Positions 46,560 through 62,585 of a stretch of 64,000 bases of DNA are shown piece by piece; the first letter of the stretch is position 1, and each line of letters opens with the position of its first letter. The DNA lies in NCBI RefSeq assembly GCF_009914755.1, contig NC_060925.1; one strand, 5' to 3'. A model generated the notes under the pieces. That model had not been told where the DNA came from, did no database searches, and saw only the letters and a program-made list of their open reading frames with translations. Both the position numbers and the translations under genes were made by a program. The stretch is from the human T2T-CHM13v2.0 reference genome, Homo sapiens.

Positions 46560-48185
46560 GATGAAAGAATAAAAAACAAGCTAAATACATGGAGAACTGG
46601 CTGGGGACGGTGACTCACACCTGTAATCCCAGCACTTTGGGTGGCCAAGGCAGGCGGATCACTTGAGGTCAGGAGTTTGAGACCAGCCCGGCCAACACGG
46701 TGAAACCCTGTCTCTACTAAAAATACAAAAATTAGCTGGGGGTGGTGGCGGGTGCCTGTAATCCAAGCTACTCAGGAAGCTGAGGCACGAGAATCGCTTG
46801 AACCCAGGAGGTGGAGGTTTGCAGTGGGCCGAGATGGTGCCACTTCACTCCAACCTGGGTAACAGAGTCAGACCCTGTCTCAAAATAAACAAATAAATAA
46901 ACAAAATAAATGGAGAGCTATTCCATATTCATGGATAAGAAGACAGTATTGTCAAGATGTCGATTCTTCCCAACTTGACCCATATATTCAATGCAATTCT
47001 AATAAAAATCCCAGCAAATTATTTTGTGGATTTTTATAAACTGATTCTAAAGTTTATATGCAGAAGCAAATACTCAGAATAGCCAACACAGTATTGAAGT
47101 AGAAGAACAAAGTTGGAGGACACTATGTGAGTAAACAAGACAGTGTGACATTGGCAAAATAATAGAAATATAGATCAATGGAACAGAGTAGAGAGTGCAG
47201 AAAGAGACCCACATAAATATAGCCAAAAGACATTTTGCAAAAGAAAATATACAAATGACAAATAAGCATATGAAAAAATACTCAACATCATACGTCATTG
47301 GGGAATTGCAAATAAAAACGATAATAATGTACTACCACATACCTATTAGAAAGGCCAACACCAACACCAAATGCTGGCAAGAATGCAGAGCAGTCGAAAT
47401 TCTTATTCATTATTGGTGGGGAATGCAAAAATGGTAGCCACACTGGAAGACGAGTATTTCTCACACACTAAACATACTCTTACTTTACCATCCAGCAACT
47501 GGGGCTTCCTGGTATTTCCCCAGAGTTGAAATTTTACATTCACACAAAACCCTGCACATGAATGTTTATGGCAGCTTTTTTCATGATGACCAAAATTTGG
47601 AAGCAACCAAAATGTCTTTTAGCAGGTAAATGGAAAAACAAACTGTGACACATCTACACAATGGAATATTATAAAGTGCTAATAAGAAATGAGCTATCAA
47701 GCCATGCAAAGACATGGAGGTACCTTAAATGCATATTACTAAGTGAAAGAAGCCCATCTGAAAAGGCTGCATATGGTATCATTCTGACTATATGACACTA
47801 TGGAATTGGCAAAACAGTGGAAACAGTAAAAGGATCAGTGGTTGTCAGGGGTTGGAAAGAGGGAGGGATGAACATGTGGCACATGGAGGATTTACATGGC
47901 CATGAAACTACTCTATTTGTTACTATAACTGTGGATACATACCATTTTATATTTGTCAAAATCCATAGAATGTACAACACCAAGAGTGAACCTGAATGTA
48001 AACTATGGACCTTGGATGATAATGTGTGTCAATGTAGGTTCATTGATTGTATAAATGTACACTCTGGATTTTGATGCGGGGGAGGCTGTTTGTGTCTCGG
48101 GGGCAAGATGTATGTATGAAACCTCTATCATCTGTTCAGTTTTGTCCTGAACCTAAAACTGCTTTAAAAAAATAAAGTCTACTTT
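46560..48185 (+). mobile_element. L1MC-like element, internally deleted, with Alu insertion
   Basis: 3' end tgtcaaaatccatagaatgtacaacaccaagagtgaacct...aaactgctttaaaaaaataaagtc. Confidence 0.8.
46599..46905 (+). mobile_element. AluSx-like
   Basis: Full Alu; TSD-like aaata.atggaga. Confidence 0.95.
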
Positions 48186-48717
48186 TTAAAATGTCAATTT
48201 CAAAGTCTTAGAGCTAACCAAACAAAATGATATTATCAGAACCCAGTGCAATATTTGGAACAATTCAGATTCATAGTTGCTTCCAAACTCACAGCAGAAA
48301 CTCAAGTAGACAAAGAAGAGGGAACCTTTTAGTGTTAGCCTATCTGGTTTGACAAACATTATATGCCAATTATCTGAGCCTGTGACCTATAACCGTAAAG
48401 TCAATTGAGATAAATGTTTACTGTGAAGAGGTTAATCATACTGTGTTTAATATGTGGCAAATGGGGGTTGGAAATCACTTAATAACAGGTCTCCTCTCTC
48501 AGAGAGCGACACTTGAAATCTTGGTACTTCATTACTAAATTTAGAAAGTTACAGGTTGGCAGGTTCAGTTTCCAGTTACTATGGTTTAGTGAAATTATTG
48601 GTTTTGATTTCCCACCAGGATAATCAAAATCCATTAATTTCCATTTCTCTTTTGAATCCCTCTTTTTTTTCTGGCACTAAAGGGCTGATTTGAGTGTGGG
48701 TTCTGTTTATTATATAA

Positions 48718-49046
<329 letters not shown>

Positions 49047-49189
49047 CAATTTTCACACTCTTTTCTATGTGGACATTTCAAGCCCATACCACCGTGACTC
49101 ATGCCACTGTCTAGTGCTGTAGAACTGCTTAGACTTATCAAACCTGCCTCTCAATCAAGAGTTCTTCCTTAGTTTCAACTTAAGAATTG

Positions 49190-50560
49190 TCTTCAGCAAA
49201 TATCTAAATTGAAACTGCTTCTAATATTTCTGAGCGATAATGGTCTTTTGTTCTTCTTGGGGTTGGCTGAACTTCTGGCATCTGAGAGGTCGATGCCTTT
49301 TATCAGTTTTAGAAAATTCTTGAGCTTTGTCTCCTGAAATACTGCTCCTCTCTTTCCTCTCTCTTTCAGGGACTGCAATTAATCACTTATTAGACATTTT
49401 TACTGTGTTTTTGAGGTCTGTTATGTTCTTTTCCTTTTTCTCTGTCCTTCAGTTTGGATATTTTCTACAGACCTGTCTCCCAGTTCATGAATCCTGACTT
49501 CTGCTGTACTCAGACTGTTGTTAAGCACACCCAAAGGGTTCTTATTTCCAGTTATTGTAATTTTTTTTTTTTTGAGACAGAGTCTCTGTCTGTTGCCCAT
49601 GCTGGAATGCAGTGGTGTGATCTTGGCTCACTGCAACATCTGCCTCCCAGATTTAAGCAATTATCCTGCTTCAGCTTCCTGAGTAGCTGGGATTACAGGT
49701 GCATGCCACCACGCCCAGCTAATTTTTGTATTTTTAGTAGAGATGGGGATTTCACCATGTTGGTCAGGCTGGTCTCGAACTCCTGAGCTCATGATCCGCC
49801 TGCCTCAGTCTCCCAAAGTGCTGGGAATACAGGCGTGAGCCACCGGGTCCGGCCTGTAATTTTTAGTTTTAGAATATTTGTCCAATAATTGTTTTTACAG
49901 ATTCCAATTCTATACTGAAGTAAATTACCCATCTTTCATCTTTGTCCACCTTTTCTTCTATTTTCTTAAAACTATTAATTATAGTTATTTAAAATCCTGG
50001 CCAATTCTAATATCTAGTTCTGTTTCTATTAACGTTTTTCTCTTAGTGTTTAGTCATTTGGATTTGATCTTTTGCATGGCTCATAATTATTTTGTATTGG
50101 ATCCCAGATATTGTATAAGACAAAATTGTAGACTCTGGATAATGTTACCTACCTCCATAGAGTTTCTACTTTCTACTCCTGGAAAGTAGAAAGAATAGTG
50201 GCAGATAACTTTGATCCTGAAAAGGCTTGGTTTCAAGCTTTGTTAGATCTATTTTATTTCAGTATTATATTGCTCTTACTCCAAGGATGTGCTGAGATCT
50301 CAACTGAAAACCCTGGGTATCTAGGTACCTTATCAAGGCTTGAAGTCCAACTTCTGTTGGATGCTGAAATCTTCACTTACCTCATTAGACCCTAAACTGC
50401 TGTTTTCTGATTTTTTTTTTTTTGGCATCTTTCTTTGTGCATGCTGAGTGTAGGAACTTAGATCACTATCATGATGGCAATTTGCATAGATTGTTGAGCT
50501 CCTCTGCAATTCTCCCCTCTTGGAGTTTGCCCTCAATCAGAGGCACTTTGGTAGCCCTCA
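49190..50560 (-). mobile_element. Old L1M ORF1/5' region fragments
   Basis: Antisense motifs ttcttggggttggctgaacttc, ttttatcagttttagaaaattct. Confidence 0.55.
49561..49854 (-). mobile_element. AluS
   Basis: Antisense Alu; TSD tgtaattttt. Confidence 0.95.
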
Positions 50561-50571
50561 ACTTTGGCCTT

Positions 50572-50956
50572 TGATATGATTTGGCTCTGTGTTCCCACCC
50601 AAATCTCATGCTGTATTGTAATTCCCACTGCTGGGGGAGAGACCTGGTATTAAGTGATTGGATCATGGGGGCAGATTTCCCCCAGACTGTTCTCATGATA
50701 GTGAGAGTGAGTTCTCATGAGACCTGATGGTTTCAAAGTGTGTGGCACTTCCCGCCTCACTCTCTTTTTCCTGCTCCACCATGGTAAAACGTGCTTGCTT
50801 CCCCTTCACCTTCCACCATGCTTGTAAGTTTCCTGAGGCCTCCCAGTCATTCTTCCTGTTAAACCTGAAGAACTGTGAGTCAATTAAATCTCTTTTCTTC
50901 ATAAATTATCCAATCTCAGGTAGTTCTTTATGGCAGTGTGAGAACAGACTAATACA
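50572..50956 (+). mobile_element. MSTA-type (ERVL-MaLR) solo LTR
   Basis: tgatatgatttggctctgtg...gagaacagactaataca; TSD gcctt/gcctc. Confidence 0.9.
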
Positions 50957-51168
50957 GCCTCTTATTCCTCAGCCCAGAAAAACTGCTGTATTTTTTTTTT
51001 TTTTGGCTTTTATTGTCTTGCACTTAGTTTTGAGCATTCCCTCAAGAGAAATATTCCAGGGTAAACACTGAGTTCACCTCATGTGCCTTCTCTCCAGGAT
51101 CATAGCTTTAAGTTCCGCCTGCTTTAGTTACTCTTCAATGCCTCCAAAGAATTATAGATATAGATATA

Positions 51169-51525
51169 TAGATACTCCTAGGCTTATGATGGGGTTATAT
51201 CCCAATAAACCTACGTTGAAAATATTGTAAGTCAAAAATGCACTTAATACACCTAACCTACCAAACATCATAGCTTAACTTACCTTACCTTAAATGTGCT
51301 CAGAACACTTATGTTAGCCTACAGTTGGGCAAAATTATCTAATGCAAAGCCTATTTTACAATAAAGTGTTGATTATGTAATTTGTTGAATACTGTAGTGA
51401 AAATGAAAAATAGAGTGGTTGTATGGGTATTCAAAGTACAGTTTCTACTGAATGTTTATCACTTTCACACCATCATAAAGGCAAAAAAATTTAAGTCAAA
51501 CTATTGTAAGTTGGGGACCATCCGT
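51169..51525. mobile_element. MER47/Tigger5-type MITE
   Basis: TIR-like ends agatactcctaggcttatgat / attgtaagttggggaccatccg; TA flanks. Confidence 0.8.
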
Positions 51526-51533
51526 ATATGTAT

Positions 51534-51853
51534 AAAGTCATGTATTACTTAATGACAGGGATACATTCTGAGTAATGCATCATCAGACAATTTTATTGTT
51601 GTATGAACATTCAGAATATATTTACACAAACCTAGATGGTATAGCCTACTACACACCCAGCCTATTGCTCCTTGGCTGGAAACCTGTACAGCATGGTACT
51701 GTACTAAATATTGTGGGCAATTTTAACCTAATGGTAGGTATTTGTACATCTAAACTTGGAAAATGTATAGCAAGTCATATGCAACTGCATATGACCACCA
51801 GTTGCATATGCAGTCTGTCTTTGATCAAAACTTGGTTATGCATTGCATGACTA
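51534..51853. mobile_element. Tigger3 (MER7)-type MITE
   Basis: agtcatgtattacttaatgac...acacaaacctagatggtatagcctactacacacc...gcattgcatgact; followed by (TA)n. Confidence 0.85.
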
Positions 51854-52893
51854 TATATATATATATATATATACACACACATATATAAATATATACAAAT
51901 ATGTAAATATTTATGTATATTTTATCCCACTTTCCCCCTGAAGTGGGAGGTTTAGTTTGATATATACTACTACATCTTGGCTGGAGTTGGAGGTCTCAGT
52001 ACTTCATAGCAGTAATGAATGCTGTGGGTTTGCAGTAACTTCACTGAACTGTTTATCTGCCACAACTACAAAAGATGGCTTATTCTCTTTAAGTTATGGA
52101 GCCCTATTCCTTTTAATTTGTGTGTTAGATAAAATCTACCATGTGTCTATGGGCAAAACCAAAGTCTGAATCTCTAAAATCTAAGGCCATAATCAAAACT
52201 AGGTAATGTATCAATCTAGAGTCATATAATGGGGATTCCTCTTCAGCCTGCATTTGGATAAACCGCATGAACCCAAGAGTTTAGCCCTACCACTCAAGGC
52301 CATTGTTTTTAGTTGTGCAGGCTTCAGTGGGTAAGGTGCTATTTATGTAGGTTAAATGGCGGTTGAGTGCTCTGCAATGTGGTGGCCTTGATACCACAGG
52401 TTTTTTGTTTTTTTTTTCTTAGATCTGAATTCGTTTGTTGCGGGGAGAAAAACTAGGGGCAACTGATCTGGCATTGCCTACCTATGCCTGACATGAAATT
52501 CGCCAGGACCTCTGGGAGAATACCTCTAGTTAAGCAATAGGATTAGAAGCCTGATTGCAGAAAATTAGGAGGTAAAGAATGATTGGGAAGTCAGAAAGTG
52601 TGGACATCAAATGAACACAATATATTAAACAAATTGGATGTGAAGGGAAGTGAGAGATATGGTGATAGGTAGAGACGGAAGGACTTTGTTTTAAGAGTGA
52701 GGAGAGTTAAGCATGTTTGTGGGCTGGGGATGAAGCTAATGGAAAAGGAGAGGAAGAAGATACAAAACAATAAGAGATAATTAAGAATTTTCTGGTAGAG
52801 GTTGTTAGACAAAGAGCCCAGATAAGACAGATTGGACAAAGATAAGGAGAGGTAAAGATGAAGCTTAAGTTAGGAGGCTTAAAAGAAAGAATG

Positions 52894-53186
52894 GGCCAGG
52901 TGAGTGGCTCACGCCTGTAATCCTAGCAATTTGGGAGGCTGAGACGGGAGGATCACTTGAGGTCAGCAGTTCGAGACCAGCCTGGCCAACATGGCGAAAC
53001 CCCATCTCTACTAAAAATACAAAAATTAGCCAGGCGTGGTGGCAGGTGCCTGTAATCCGAGCTGCTCAGGAGATTGAGGCAGGAGAATCGCTTGAACCCA
53101 GGAGGCAGAGCTTGCAGTAGGCCAAGATCGTGCCACTGCACTCCAGCCTGCTGGGTGATAGAGTGAGAATCCGTCTCAAAAAAAAA

Positions 53187-53187
<1 letters not shown>
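52894..53187 (+). mobile_element. AluSx-like
   Basis: Full Alu. Confidence 0.95.
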
Positions 53188-53252
<65 letters not shown>

Positions 53253-53256
53253 AGAG
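53188..53256. repeat. Compound STR (TCTA)11 then (GA)n in an Alu tail
   Basis: Direct reading. Confidence 0.95.
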
Positions 53257-54179
53257 TAAAAAAGTAGAATTAATGACTGGATGAGATGGGTAAAAGAGAA
53301 ATAGGTCCCTGACAAATTCTAGGTTTGGGGATTGAGCAGCTGGGTAGATAGGGCTGGGGTTAAAACACAGAACTGAGCAACAGATTTGGAAGGATGAGCT
53401 GAGATGAATTCAGCTTTGTCTGCATTCAGTCAGTCAACAATAATAGCTGTTGCCTATGAACCTTGAGATCCACAGTGCCCAACTACAAAGACAAACATTG
53501 CTCCCCCTCCCCTGCTGAACTTATGCTATATGCAATAGTGTTGCAGAAACATTTTGCTTTGCTGGATACAAAAGCAAACTAGTCTCTGTTTTCAAGGACA
53601 TATGTAGGATATAAGAACTGGATTTTCAGAATGAATATTTATGGGATAATTTATTTAACTGACCAACTTTAAAAAAAGGTTAAAACACTTTCTTGGTTTA
53701 TGGTGGATACCAAGCTATATATGCTTTACTATGAGTTTATGGAAAACTGCAATCAGTCTCAACTGAAAGGAAAATGTAGGCTGTTTGGGAGAAAGTTTTT
53801 ACAATTGAAAAACTCAAGGGAAAATTGAAAGGAAAAGATTTTAGGAAAGAGAAAGAAACAGGGAGAGGAAGAAAAGAGGCTAGCCAACAACCTGCAGTAG
53901 TGATTCTGAGGAACTAATAGGAGACGAAAAACTGGATAAATTATAAAAGGATGACTGATACGGGGGCGCGGGGAGGAGGATGAAACCGGGGAAAATATTG
54001 AGAGAGACAGAAAGAAAAGGAGAAACTTATCTGAGGTTGGAAATAAAGAGAAGGTGACATTGGAGCGGATAGAAAGGAAGAAACGGCGTGGGATCTGGGA
54101 ATGAGGCAGTGGGTGGAGAGAGAATGGGGAGACGACAGAGGATGAAGGGCAGCTGAGTGTGTCTGCGGGAGAAGGACCA

Positions 54180-54730
54180 AAGCAATCTGGGCGGAGCAGG
54201 TGGCAGAGGCAGCCGCGGAGGAGGCCCAGGGAACTGACGGGGATGCTCAGCCAGGCCCAGAGGATGCGCCCTGGCAGTCCCGGAAGACACCAGGAAAACA
54301 AGCAGAAACCGTAGCTAGGACTGGGGTGGCCAGGCCCAGGAAATCCATGAAGGGGACAGACAGCGGGTCCTGCTGCCGCCGCCGATGCGACTTTGGCTGC
54401 TGCTGTCGCGCGTCCCGCCGGGCTCACTACACGCCTTACCGGTCCGGGGACGCGACGCGAACCCCTCAGTCCCCACGGCAGACCCCGAGCCGGGAAAGAC
54501 GGCGCCCGGAGCCAGCCGGGAGCTGAGCAGCAGCGGCCGAGGAGGAAGAAGCAGCTGCGGCGGCCACACCCTGGATGAGGTGAGAGCATGGCCAGCTCCT
54601 GCCTCTGGAGCCCGGGAGGCTGAGGAACGCGATGGGGGTGGCAACGCACGGTGCGCTGGGCAGGAGAACCGCGCGGAGGGCTGGGGCCCGGGACTGAAGA
54701 TCCCGACGCCTGAGAGGGGTTGGCGCTGAG
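54180..54730 (+). promoter_or_regulatory. CpG-island promoter/first exon of the PDE4DIP paralogue
   Basis: High GC and CpG content, GGGCGG box near 54189, preceded by a long purine-rich tract. Confidence 0.85.
54347..54579 (+). pseudogene. PDE4DIP: PDE4DIP (myomegalin) long-isoform first coding exon, paralogous copy with premature TGA at codon 60
   Basis: Translates MKGTDSGSCCRRRCDFGCCCRASRRAHYTPYRSGDATRTPQSPRQTPSRERRRPEPAGS*AAAAEEEEAAAAATPWMR, matching the recalled PDE4DIP isoform N-terminus, which has W at the stop (54524-54526); donor AG|GTGAG at 54580; no further exon recognised in the window. Confidence 0.85.
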
Positions 54731-56641
54731 TGACTACTGCTTGGAGAAGGGTAGGGAGGTAATGGGGCCTGTGGTGGAGGCAGGAGGAGGGACAGTGTTG
54801 AGTTGCCCAGAAATAAAGGTGTGCCCCTGGAAGGGTTAAAGCATAGGAAGCTCGGTCTCTATCTCGAGGTCTTTGAGACACAGACATTTGCTGTGTTGAT
54901 GGAGGTGAGATTGCAGGCTGTGTCTGTTGGGTTGAGCCAAAGGAGAGATGAACACATGACTCAGAAGGCTATACCAGGATGGAAACATCAGAGATGGGCA
55001 TGAAAGATGAAGGATCGGGAAGTGCACCCGGACGAAAGCACACACTGCCATCTCTTATAGCTCTTCTTTTCAGGGTTATTTCTCTTAGATACAGATCGCA
55101 GGGTGGGGTGGGTGGTGATTCCCTCTTCCTGGGCTATCTCTTTTTCCCCTGCAGAGCTGGAGCCCTGCCTGATGGCTGGATGGAGGCCATGCAGGACAAG
55201 TTCCTTCTAAAATCAATCCTTTGCTTTGGCCTGGAAGACCGAACATATTAGGCTCAATTTTCTTCGTGTAGCAGCGGTAACATAAAAATCTGTCATACAT
55301 ACGATTTTTGGGAGAAGAGATAGATTGTGCTGCAGGCTTTTTAGAAATAAACATGTCCTCATCACAGCATTTTTAGCTTTTTATCTCATGGAAGGTAGTA
55401 CTCATAAATCAAACTACCAGGCCTAGTGATTCCAGCCTCTGAGCTAACGGGTCTGTAAAAAGTTACTTCATTTCTCTAGGCCTCAGTTTCCCATGCATAA
55501 AATTGGAATTTGGATTAAAACAGTGCTAATTATAAAACTAAATGTTCATTGGATCTGTATTCTATGTTCAGGATAGCTATATTTGTGAACTATGAAATTT
55601 AGCCTATTCACTGACAATTTTATTTTTTCATAACACTATCCACTGTTTATGTCAGAAAACAGACTCACATTCAGTTAATAGAGCTTAAATAAATCACATG
55701 TCTTCTAAGGAACCCATAAGAAATTACTGCTCCTAAGAAAGAATTAAGCAAAAAGTATTCATTGTTTGATTTTTTTATAAAGTAAAATTTTTATTGCCTT
55801 ATACAAATTACTTTTATAGACATAATTACTTTTTTAAAAAAGCATATCTATGGGATGTTAATTATTTTATAAAATACTTTGAAATTTTATTTAAAGCTTA
55901 GAACAAAAAAATTAATCTGAATGTGTATTTATAATTCCAAGGCTCCTTAATCACTTTACGCACACGGGGTGAATTCTTCTTATCTGGAAAGCAGCATTAA
56001 TCCTGCAGAATTTGAAATGAATTATGACTCCTTATCACAAGAGTATGATTTTTCTCCCTGTCTTTGGTTAAAAAAAAGTTTGTAGGGTTAGAATTTGATC
56101 CTCTAAATTGTGGTTTAATTGTGAAAGTAGATAGCAAACATTCATGGTTTCCTTAATAGTTACTCATCTGACAAACTACACCTATATTCATCTTCGTTGA
56201 TGTAATGATAAGTCTTGAAATGTTTTTAAAAAATTTCACAATTCCCAAATGAAACACTTACAGCAACTTGACTGAGGTTAGTACTACTTTGCCCTTTATT
56301 TAAAAATCAATTCCGCAGTTTAGCGTACTTTAAAAAATGTAACAACTTTAGCTATAGTGTTAGAGGTTTAATGAATGTTAGCGTATTAGAGGTTATACTT
56401 GGGGAGTGGTGTTTTTGGTACGATTTTCTAACTCTCAATCAACTAAAAAATGTAAAAAAGCAGCTTTGCACGTTATCCAAATTCAGTTCAGTTCAGTGTT
56501 ACTTATTGAGCAATGATGGTGGAGGCCAGCACAAACTGGATACAAAACTACCCTCAGGTAACTCAGAATCTGTAGTTCTATAATATGCTTCAGTAACTGG
56601 AGTATGGAGTAAGTGCTGTAACAGAAAGATGAACTGTAGAC

Positions 56642-56672
<31 letters not shown>
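56642..56672. repeat. (CT)n microsatellite
   Basis: Direct reading. Confidence 0.9.
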
Positions 56673-56761
56673 CAAGGAAAGCTGACTTCCCTAACAGGCC
56701 ATAGAAAGTGGCATTATCTTGGAAAATATGTTGAAATCTGGTCTTTAACTTGTTAAGTCTG

Positions 56762-57090
56762 TTTCTTTTCTTTTTCTTTCTTTCTTTTTTTTTTTTTTTT
56801 TCAGAGATGGAGTCTCACTGTGTTGCCTAGGTTGGAGTGAAGTGGTGCAATCATAGCTCCCTGCAGTCTCCAACTCCTGGGCTCAAGGGATCCTCTTGCC
56901 TTGGCCTCCCAAGTAGCTGAGATCACAGTTGTGTACCACCATTTCCGGCTACTTTTAAAAAATTATTTTGTGTAGAGATGGAGTCTTGCTATGTTGCCTA
57001 GGCTGGTCTCAAACTCCTGGCTTCAAGCAATCCTACCACCCCACCCTCCCAAAGTGCTGAGACTATAGGCATGAGCCACTGCACCCAGCC
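56762..57090 (-). mobile_element. AluJ
   Basis: Antisense diverged Alu; TSD-like aagtctg.tt. Confidence 0.95.
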
Positions 57091-57695
57091 AAGTCTGCTT
57101 CTTAAACTGATAAATCACAGGACTACTATATAAACCCAGAATAACAAATTACTAATTTATAATGAGAATTTTAACATCTTAGGGAACTAGACTCTCTTTT
57201 ATGATCCCAGCAAAATATCTCTTGGTATATGTGCCACATTTGAGAGCCAAATTACAGCCAAAAGGTTGTTTTTGAAACTTGAATCTAGAGCAAGAGGAAT
57301 TAATTAGTGGATTCTAAATTTCAAATAATTTGATAGCTTCAGAGCATCAAGGTGTACACATAGGTTCTTTTTTCCTGGACAGTAAGTGTCCACTGATGAT
57401 TGTCCTCCCTTCTTAGGTACATCTCTTTTTCTATCTCTGATATGCTAATATTTTCAGTCAGATTATAATCTGGTTTGGGGATCCTTGTGACTGTTTCAAG
57501 TGTCTACATTTATTCTCTAAATCAGTTTATCTTAATTGTAAAGTTTAAATTCTAAGTGGCAAGCTTATTTTCTTTAAGAAAAAATAATGATGGGGTAGGG
57601 AGGTGGGGCTGGGGTACCATATTACAGCCCCTACATGCTGGCAATATAAACCAGGTGGTTAATGGCACCTCTCTATGGTGCTAAAAGGCAGATGA

Positions 57696-58010
<315 letters not shown>

Positions 58011-58449
58011 AAAGGCAGATGATCAGAGATGGCTTTATACAGGAGGTGAATTTTTGTCTGGCTTGACAAGATAACAAAGCCAGGTTGAGTGGGAAGAAAA
58101 TTTTGCCAAAAGAACACAAGCAGATTTATGACAGTGGGAAGATGCTTTATTGAAGTGAATCCCATGCTGTGATAGAAATTTTCTGTGAGGATTTAATTCA
58201 AACTCGATCCTTTTTCAAGTATATAACTATTTAAAAAGAGAAATTAAGTGAATTGTCAGCTGTTGGCCATCTGCCTCAATGTGTGCTTTTGAAGCCCAGC
58301 AGATTGCACATTCTGTGTAGGTGGATAGCTTGAAACCTGCAGACAACTGTCAGAGGACAATGACTTCAGAGAAGATTCAGTGAATTTCTAACATCAAACT
58401 TCAACTACTGTAATATGCTTGTCTAGCCATCTCTTTGTTGTTGCTGTTC

Positions 58450-60195
<1,746 letters not shown>

Positions 60196-60902
60196 GGTTA
60201 ATGGTTCTCCGCTAAGGGCAATTGTGCATCACAAGGGACATTTGACAGTATCTAGACACAAACAACTAGAGCATCAGAACCCCTTTGCTGTACCCACAGT
60301 CTTGTATTTACAGTCTATACTTCCATTCTTTCAGGAGGTTTGCTCCCAGAACTGGTGATATAAAGAAGGAAAGTAGCAGTATGAGCACTTTGAGGGCTAA
60401 GCAATGGGATAATATCTTTCTAAGAGAACAGTTAAATCAACTTCATTTGGTCTTCCATGGACATGAGTTTCAAGTGGCTTTCTGGCCTTTCTTCTGTTGG
60501 CCTCTTCGCTATTATGTGAAGACTTCATTTATACTCAATCTAATTCAGCTACCATGGGCCATATCACCAGTGCCCATTGTGTTCTATGCATCCTAATATT
60601 TTCATTAATCTGAAGGGGAGAGGGTTTTAACTTTGAAGGATACTCAAGAGGACTTTCTTATGAACTCAGATGGAAAGTGTCCTGAAATTTGTCCTTTTAA
60701 AAATATCTGTGCATTTTTTTGTGCTATGACATTCTTACATGTATCATTCTGTGATCAAATCTCCAGCTTACTATAAATGATACCTACATTCTAAAGAGCC
60801 AATTCTAGTTGTACCAGCATGGCCTTAGAGAAAAGTAAGGGAATACAATTTTTATTTATCTTCTATTTGGTTGGAGTTAAGTATTTAAAACAGTAAGGTA
60901 GA

Positions 60903-60920
60903 TCTCAGATCCACCACCAT

Positions 60921-60955
<35 letters not shown>
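60903..60955 (+). mobile_element. Tiny TPRT-type insertion: 19-nt body plus (TAAA)n tail
   Basis: Flanked by a 14/16 TSD aaaacagtaaggtaga/aaaatagtaaagtaga at a TTT/AAAA site. Confidence 0.7.
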
Positions 60956-60957
<2 letters not shown>

Positions 60958-61087
60958 AATAGTAAAGTAGAAAGAAGAGACAAAGATCCAAACCTTTCAA
61001 AATGAAAAATGAATTTTAAATATAAGGTTATATTTTATTACCTACTGCTGAGACCATCATTGCATAAATGAATAAATAGAACTAAAT

Positions 61088-62385
<1,298 letters not shown>

Positions 62386-62585
62386 TTTCATATTTACTGA
62401 CATATTTACCATTTCCAATATTCTTCATTATTTTCATCTGGTATCATTTTCCTTCTGCCTGAAAGAATTTCTTTAATCCTTCTTATTCTTGTGCAGATTT
62501 GCTGGTGGGAAAATTCTTTCAGCTTTTGTATGTGAAAAAGTCTTTATTTCACCTTCATGTTTGAAAGATATTCTTGCTGGTTATC

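Noticed and set aside
54524-54526. TGA as selenocysteine or programmed read-through
   Set aside because: It is one substitution from the recalled TGG (Trp), the context is TGA-G rather than TGA-CTAG, and no SECIS can be assessed in the window.
53759-54887. Long minus-strand ORFs (296 aa, 190 aa) over the CpG island
   Set aside because: Expected by-products of high GC and of the purine-skewed tract (few stops); low-complexity composition, no recognisable domain, antisense to the PDE4DIP exon.
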